From: an uncultured Christensenella sp. | Lineage (GTDB): Bacteria > Bacillota > Clostridia > Christensenellales > Pumilibacteraceae | Direction: 5' to 3' | Assembly: GCA_910578545.1 (NCBI GenBank) | Contig: CAJTPT010000002.1 | Location: 137,574 to 201,573, forward strand | Length of the DNA stretch: 64,000 bases | Shown: one piece after another, positions 59,147 through 64,000 of the stretch | How the letters are laid out: each line of letters starts with the position of its first letter | How positions within the stretch are numbered: the stretch's first letter is position 1 | Made by a program: the position numbers and the translations under genes | The notes under the pieces: model-generated | What the model was told of the DNA's origin: nothing | The model's database searches: none | What the model saw: the letters and a program-made list of their open reading frames with translations, nothing else

Positions 59147-60280
59147 GTGGCAATCAGTAAGGCTAAGATAATCGGATTTTTTAAATCCAAAATATTTCTT
59201 ACAACGTTGGCGGCAGTCATTCTTTTTTCGACTGTATTTTTCCCGTTGGTTTTTGTTTATTCGACCGAGGACGTGCCCACAAGGCGTTGCCTTGTTTTGT
59301 TGGCTGTTATTTTTGCGTCCGTATTTGAAGTTATCACGTATGCGTTACTTTCCCGTAAGCTATATACCGACAAATTGAGAGTTGCTACCGATAAGCTTGT
59401 CGACATGGCGCACGGCGGGGAAATGGAAGGTATTAACGTTAAGACATCGGATGCAACGCTTCGCGACCTAATTGTTGCGGTCAATGCAACCGCTAACGAA
59501 TATAAACGTCTTTCCGATGTGCGAAAAAGCTTTGTCGCAAACGCTTCGCACGAGCTTAGATCGCCGCTTACTTCGATACAAGGTTTTTTACAAGCCGTGC
59601 TCGACGGAACGATTTCGCAAGAGGAAAGCGAAAAGTATTTAAAAATCGCGTTGAGCGAAACAAAACGTCTTAACTCGCTTATCACGTCGTTGCTTGATTT
59701 ATCGCGACTCGATTCGGGTAAAAACCCCGTCATTCCGCGTAAATTCAATATAAACGAGGTCATCAACGAGGTCGTTGTTCATTTTGAACCGTCGCTTATA
59801 AAAAAATCACTGCAAATCAGCGTGGATTTTTCGCGCGAGGTATGCTACGTCTATGCCGATAAGGAAAAAATTACACAGGTCATAACCAATCTGGTGGACA
59901 ATGCAATCAAGTACTCCCCGGCATACTCACGCATAGTTTTGACTACGATTATTCAGGATAATAAAGTACTTGTGTCCGTTAAGGATTTCGGTTACGGCAT
60001 AAGCAAAAAAGATCAAATGCTTATTTGGGATACATTTTATATGTCTGACAAATCGCGCTCTCCGGTAAAAACAAAGGGATCGGGGCTGGGTCTATCAATT
60101 GTCAAAAAGATAATAGACGAGCATGACGAGCGTATATGGGTGGAAAGCAATCGAGGCGCCGGCGCAACGTTCATTTTTACGCTGACGCGTTTCGATATAT
60201 CAAAGCACAAAAATGCAATGGGTCGCGTAATCAAATCTTCGGATGATAGTTTTGCCGACACAGAGGCTATGGAGAAATAA
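59147..60280 (+). CDS. Sensor histidine kinase with two closely spaced TM helices
   Basis: ANASHELRSPL H-box, NLVDNAIKYS, DFGYGI, GSGLGLSI; GTG start inferred. Confidence 0.94.
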   Translation: MAISKAKIIGFFKSKIFLTTLAAVILFSTVFFPLVFVYSTEDVPTRRCLVLLAVIFASVFEVITYALLSRKLYTDKLRVATDKLVDMAHGGEMEGINVKTSDATLRDLIVAVNATANEYKRLSDVRKSFVANASHELRSPLTSIQGFLQAVLDGTISQEESEKYLKIALSETKRLNSLITSLLDLSRLDSGKNPVIPRKFNINEVINEVVVHFEPSLIKKSLQISVDFSREVCYVYADKEKITQVITNLVDNAIKYSPAYSRIVLTTIIQDNKVLVSVKDFGYGISKKDQMLIWDTFYMSDKSRSPVKTKGSGLGLSIVKKIIDEHDERIWVESNRGAGATFIFTLTRFDISKHKNAMGRVIKSSDDSFADTEAMEK

Positions 60281-60988
60281 ATGGAACTGTACTACGAACA
60301 AAACGTTGTTAACCACAATATCGACGAACGCGCAAAAAAAACCAAAACGCTTACAGTCATCAAAACCGTCTGCTTGATCGGCGGAGTATTTATGTTAGTC
60401 TCAAGCGCATTATACTGGGGTATTGCGTTTTTTTCCATTCCGTTATTTATAGGATTTTTGATCGTAAGCCGACTTAACAAGCGAAATAATACGGAATATG
60501 ACTATGTTGTCGATGACGAATGTATAAAGATTTCGGAAATTTACTTTCGATCAAGGCGCAAACTTAAATATTCGATTAGCCTTCGTTTTATCGAATCCGT
60601 TGGGGTATTCGATTCGGAGGGCTATAAAAAGATAGAGCGTAAAGCGACAAAAAAACATCTTGCTCTTGTAAACTACGACGACGAAAAGGCCGTTGTATAT
60701 ATTTTATATAATACGAATAAGGGCAAAAAACTTGTTTTTATCGAGCCTGACCGTGGTTTTATTATTGCTCTCAGACGAGCGCTTTCGTCATCTGCGTTGA
60801 CCGTTTTCGATAAAAGCATATCGGATTTTGAAAAATACCTTGCTAAGCGCGAGCAAGAGCTTACAGGTAACAACGATGACAGCAAAGAGGATGAACAATA
60901 CGACGTAGAACAATCGGAAAACTCAAGCGATCAAGTCGACTCTTTAGGTGACGAAAACGCCGAGCTAACGGAGGCGGAATCTAAATGA
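60281..60988 (+). CDS. Hypothetical membrane protein (DUF6106-like) with acidic tail
   Basis: Two TM segments then EYDYVVDD...ISEIYFRSRRK; IEPD motif. Confidence 0.6.
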   Translation: MELYYEQNVVNHNIDERAKKTKTLTVIKTVCLIGGVFMLVSSALYWGIAFFSIPLFIGFLIVSRLNKRNNTEYDYVVDDECIKISEIYFRSRRKLKYSISLRFIESVGVFDSEGYKKIERKATKKHLALVNYDDEKAVVYILYNTNKGKKLVFIEPDRGFIIALRRALSSSALTVFDKSISDFEKYLAKREQELTGNNDDSKEDEQYDVEQSENSSDQVDSLGDENAELTEAESK

Positions 60989-62106
60989 TATATCTCGATA
61001 ATGCGGCGACTACTCGAGTCTTCGACAGCGCGGCAATTGCAACGCAAAAGGCTATGCTCGAGGACTTTTATAATCCCAACGCGACATATAAAAGCGCCGT
61101 AAAGGCAAATGAAAAACTTGAAAAGAGTCGCAAAAATATAGCCGATGCCGTCGGGGCTTTTCCTGATGAAATCATTTTTACTTCATGCGCTACTGAATCG
61201 AATAATACCGTTTTTGATTGCGGAATAAAAAATCAAAAGGGAAATATCGTCATAACAGCAGGCGAACATTCGTCGGTATACGAATGCGCAATGCGCCTTA
61301 AAGGTCGCGGTCGCGATGTGAGGATTGCGCCTCTTACTCCGAGCGGAATAGTAAACCATGAAAAGCTTTTATCGCTTGTGGACGATAATACCGCACTTGT
61401 ATCGATTATCCATGTCAGCAACGAAACAGGCGCTGTTAATCCGATACAACAAATTGTTGCGTCAATTCGTAAAAAGAACGCTCGTACGCTTATACACTGT
61501 GACGGCGTTCAGGCTGTATTAAAGCTCGAGCAAAGAATATCGGAATTAGGCGTTGATTATTACAGCGCAAGCGCGCACAAGATAGGCGCACCGAAAGGTA
61601 TCGGATTTCTGTACGTGCGTCGCGGCTTAAATATTGCGCCTTATATTATTGGCGGTGGGCAAGAGCACGGCTTACGATCCGGCACCCAAAACACCCCGTA
61701 TATTTCGGCGTTTGAGCAAGCAGTAAATGAGTTTACAATTATACGCGACAGAGCAAACGCAACACAGATTAGAAACGGGCTGTGCGATTATTTTACTTCA
61801 TGCGGATATAATATTGTCGGTAGTGCGGAAAACAGCGGATATATTACGTGCGTTTGCATTCCCGGTATTAAAGCGGAAATCCTGCAAAATATGGTGCATG
61901 ACCGCGGTGTGATTATTGGCAAAGGTTCGGCGTGTTCCGGTGCAAAACGAGGAAACCGGGTGCTCGCCGCGATCGGTTTGTCGCAGACGGAAATAGAGGG
62001 CTGTATCAGAATAAGCACATTTAACAACACGCGAGACGAGGTAATGTCCGCTGCGCATATAATAAACGAAACGGTTAAAAAAATCAGGAGTGGAAATGTC
62101 AAATAA
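60985..62106 (+). CDS. iscS: Cysteine desulfurase (IscS/NifZ type, thiI-linked)
   Basis: YLDNAATT, SASAHKIG, GGGQE and GSACS motifs. Confidence 0.9.
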   Translation: MIYLDNAATTRVFDSAAIATQKAMLEDFYNPNATYKSAVKANEKLEKSRKNIADAVGAFPDEIIFTSCATESNNTVFDCGIKNQKGNIVITAGEHSSVYECAMRLKGRGRDVRIAPLTPSGIVNHEKLLSLVDDNTALVSIIHVSNETGAVNPIQQIVASIRKKNARTLIHCDGVQAVLKLEQRISELGVDYYSASAHKIGAPKGIGFLYVRRGLNIAPYIIGGGQEHGLRSGTQNTPYISAFEQAVNEFTIIRDRANATQIRNGLCDYFTSCGYNIVGSAENSGYITCVCIPGIKAEILQNMVHDRGVIIGKGSACSGAKRGNRVLAAIGLSQTEIEGCIRISTFNNTRDEVMSAAHIINETVKKIRSGNVK

Positions 62107-63253
62107 CGTTATTTTAATTCGATTCGGCGAGTTATACCTCAAAGGAAAAAACAAAGATTACTTTGAAAACACACTCAAAACCAATATTCGTAAAAAGCTC
62201 GAAAACCTCGAGTGCACTCTGTATTTCGGGCGGGGAAGATACGTTGTAAAAGACTACGACCAATCGAACGAAGAGGAAATAATTTTCAGATTAAAACAAG
62301 TGTTCGGTATCCACTCTATTTCCGTTGCAGGACGGTGCGGTTACGACTTTGAGGAAATCGTTGCGCTCGCGTTGGAAATGACGCCTAACAGCGGTACTTT
62401 CCGTGTTTCGTCGCACCGTTCTTACAAGAAGTATCCGTTAAATTCGCTCCAAATCAACATGCAGTTGGGCGAAAGAATTTTGCAGGCTAAATCCGGTTTA
62501 ACAGTCGATTTACACCGCCCTGACTATATCATAAACGTTGACGTACGCGAAAACGGCGACGTATATCTTTTTGATTCCGTAATTAAGTGTGCCGGCGGGA
62601 TGCCTTACGGAACGTCAAGCAACGGACTATTATTGCTTTCCGGCGGAATCGACAGTCCTGTCGCCGGGTACATGCTTGCCAAGCGCGGAATGAATTTGAC
62701 AGCACTGCATTTTCATTCATACCCGTATACCTCGGAAGCCGCAAAGCAAAAAGCCGTCGATCTTGCGCGAATTCTTAGGGAATATTGCCCTAACTTAAAG
62801 CTTGTGTGCGTGTCGCTTACAGAAATTCAAGAATCGATTCATAAACATTGCAAGCCGAATTATATGATAACGCTGGTAAGACGCTTTATGATGCGTATTG
62901 CTCAATCGGTTGCGCAGTCGCACGGTTGCGGATGTATAATAAACGGCGAGAGTCTTGGACAAGTTGCAAGCCAAACGCTTGAGAGTATTACCGTTACAAA
63001 CGCTGTTGTGGATATTCCTGTTTTCCGACCGCTTATCGGTATGGATAAGGACGAGATTATAGAGATTGCCGAAAAAATCGGTACGTTTAAAAAATCCATT
63101 GAGCCGTATGAGGATTGCTGTACGGTATTTTTACCAGAATTTCCGTTGATAAAACCCGCGCGCGAAAAGGTTGAGGAGCAGGAGAGCTTTATTCCCGATT
63201 ATCACGGACTGATAGAACGAGCGTTAACCGAGCTCGAGGTTATCAAGCTGTAA
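62096..63253 (+). CDS. thiI: tRNA 4-thiouridine synthase ThiI
   Basis: GELYLKGKN, THUMP domain, LLSGGIDSPVA, GESLGQVASQT, DCC. Confidence 0.96.
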   Translation: MSNNVILIRFGELYLKGKNKDYFENTLKTNIRKKLENLECTLYFGRGRYVVKDYDQSNEEEIIFRLKQVFGIHSISVAGRCGYDFEEIVALALEMTPNSGTFRVSSHRSYKKYPLNSLQINMQLGERILQAKSGLTVDLHRPDYIINVDVRENGDVYLFDSVIKCAGGMPYGTSSNGLLLLSGGIDSPVAGYMLAKRGMNLTALHFHSYPYTSEAAKQKAVDLARILREYCPNLKLVCVSLTEIQESIHKHCKPNYMITLVRRFMMRIAQSVAQSHGCGCIINGESLGQVASQTLESITVTNAVVDIPVFRPLIGMDKDEIIEIAEKIGTFKKSIEPYEDCCTVFLPEFPLIKPAREKVEEQESFIPDYHGLIERALTELEVIKL

Positions 63254-63259
63254 ATTGCA

Positions 63260-64000
63260 TTACTCTTCCCACATAAATCTGTCGTAATAATCGATCAAAT
63301 CGATATTTTTTCTTATCGGCAAATATCTTTTAGACAACAGAGTTTTATACCTGTAGCGTCTTGGCAAAAGCGGGTCGGCAAGATACACTTCGTGCGACTC
63401 GTTTAACTCTTTCCCGTCTATCTCATAATACGCGACGGACCGAGGAACGGCAAATTCTTTATTGGTTGGGATTTGTCCGTTTTTGCATACACTGTTAATA
63501 ATATTACAGCACGTTGCACCCGTGATATTATTAGGTATCGGATCATTTTGTGAACCGAGCCATACAGCAATAGTATAATCAGGCGTATATGCCACGGTAT
63601 AGCAGTCATAATTACCGTTTTCGTCACCGTTCGTTCCTGTTTTTGCGGCTATAATACCAAGGTTTTTAAGCCGTTTTGCAGTGCCCGAGCAAGCACATTC
63701 TTTTAACATATCAGTAAGTAAATATGCTGTGTCGTCACCGACAGCGCGCCACTGATTATTTCTTACCGAATAAACTACGTTATTTCCATCCAACACGGAT
63801 TGTATATAATTGACGTCCGAATAAATACCGCCATTTGCGAGCGTACGATAAGCATTGGCTATTTCTACAAGCGTTGTACCTTGAGTCATGCCGCCCAATG
63901 CAAGTGCGAGCGAATTATCCGATTGTTCAAAGTAAAACCCAAAAGCCTTACCGACGTGCTTGCAGGTTTCCACACCAAACTGCCGCATAAGCTTGACTGC
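63260..64000 (-). CDS. Class A penicillin-binding protein, C-terminal part (runs out of the window)
   Basis: ALALGG, AYRTLANGG, GTA, AAKTGT and YTPDYTIAVWLG; frame open to the window edge. Confidence 0.88.
   Translation of the reverse strand, partial: AVKLMRQFGVETCKHVGKAFGFYFEQSDNSLALALGGMTQGTTLVEIANAYRTLANGGIYSDVNYIQSVLDGNNVVYSVRNNQWRAVGDDTAYLLTDMLKECACSGTAKRLKNLGIIAAKTGTNGDENGNYDCYTVAYTPDYTIAVWLGSQNDPIPNNITGATCCNIINSVCKNGQIPTNKEFAVPRSVAYYEIDGKELNESHEVYLADPLLPRRYRYKTLLSKRYLPIRKNIDLIDYYDRFMWEE

Overview
Mostly core chromosome of a spore-forming Clostridia-type bacterium (taxonomy inferred from the SCIFF scfAB, ytxC, ytfIJ, dacB, ispH-rpsA and glgCDA content). Almost all genes are on the + strand. 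In order: recG, comEC, infC-rpmI-rplT with an L20-leader-like RNA, trmH-family, yebC-lysA-S2P-scpAB, ytfIJ-dacB, rluB, a biotin-dependent Na+-translocating decarboxylase operon, surE, an aroH-cmk fusion, plsC, ispH-rpsA, glgCDA, a small accessory islet (LexA-like repressor, Y-family polymerase, YolD, decayed MATE gene) beside three minus-strand tRNAs, ytxC, yajC, scfAB, secDF, recJ-relA-hemZ, miaB-mutS-mutL-miaA, eno, a HIT / two hypotheticals / two-component / iscS-thiI operon and a partial class A PBP. No CRISPR array, transposase or integrase was seen. Best leads: (1) two tandem receiver-less Spo0A-C-like proteins coupled to a two-component system; (2) a mutagenesis cassette with its own LexA paralog and a non-canonical palindromic operator; (3) an AroH-Cmk fusion with altered active-site residues; (4) a degenerate acyl-CoA carboxyltransferase heading an OadGBA operon; (5) an orphaned terminator-type leader RNA before the MATE pseudogene. 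Family calls come from recognised motifs and gene order; no database search was run.
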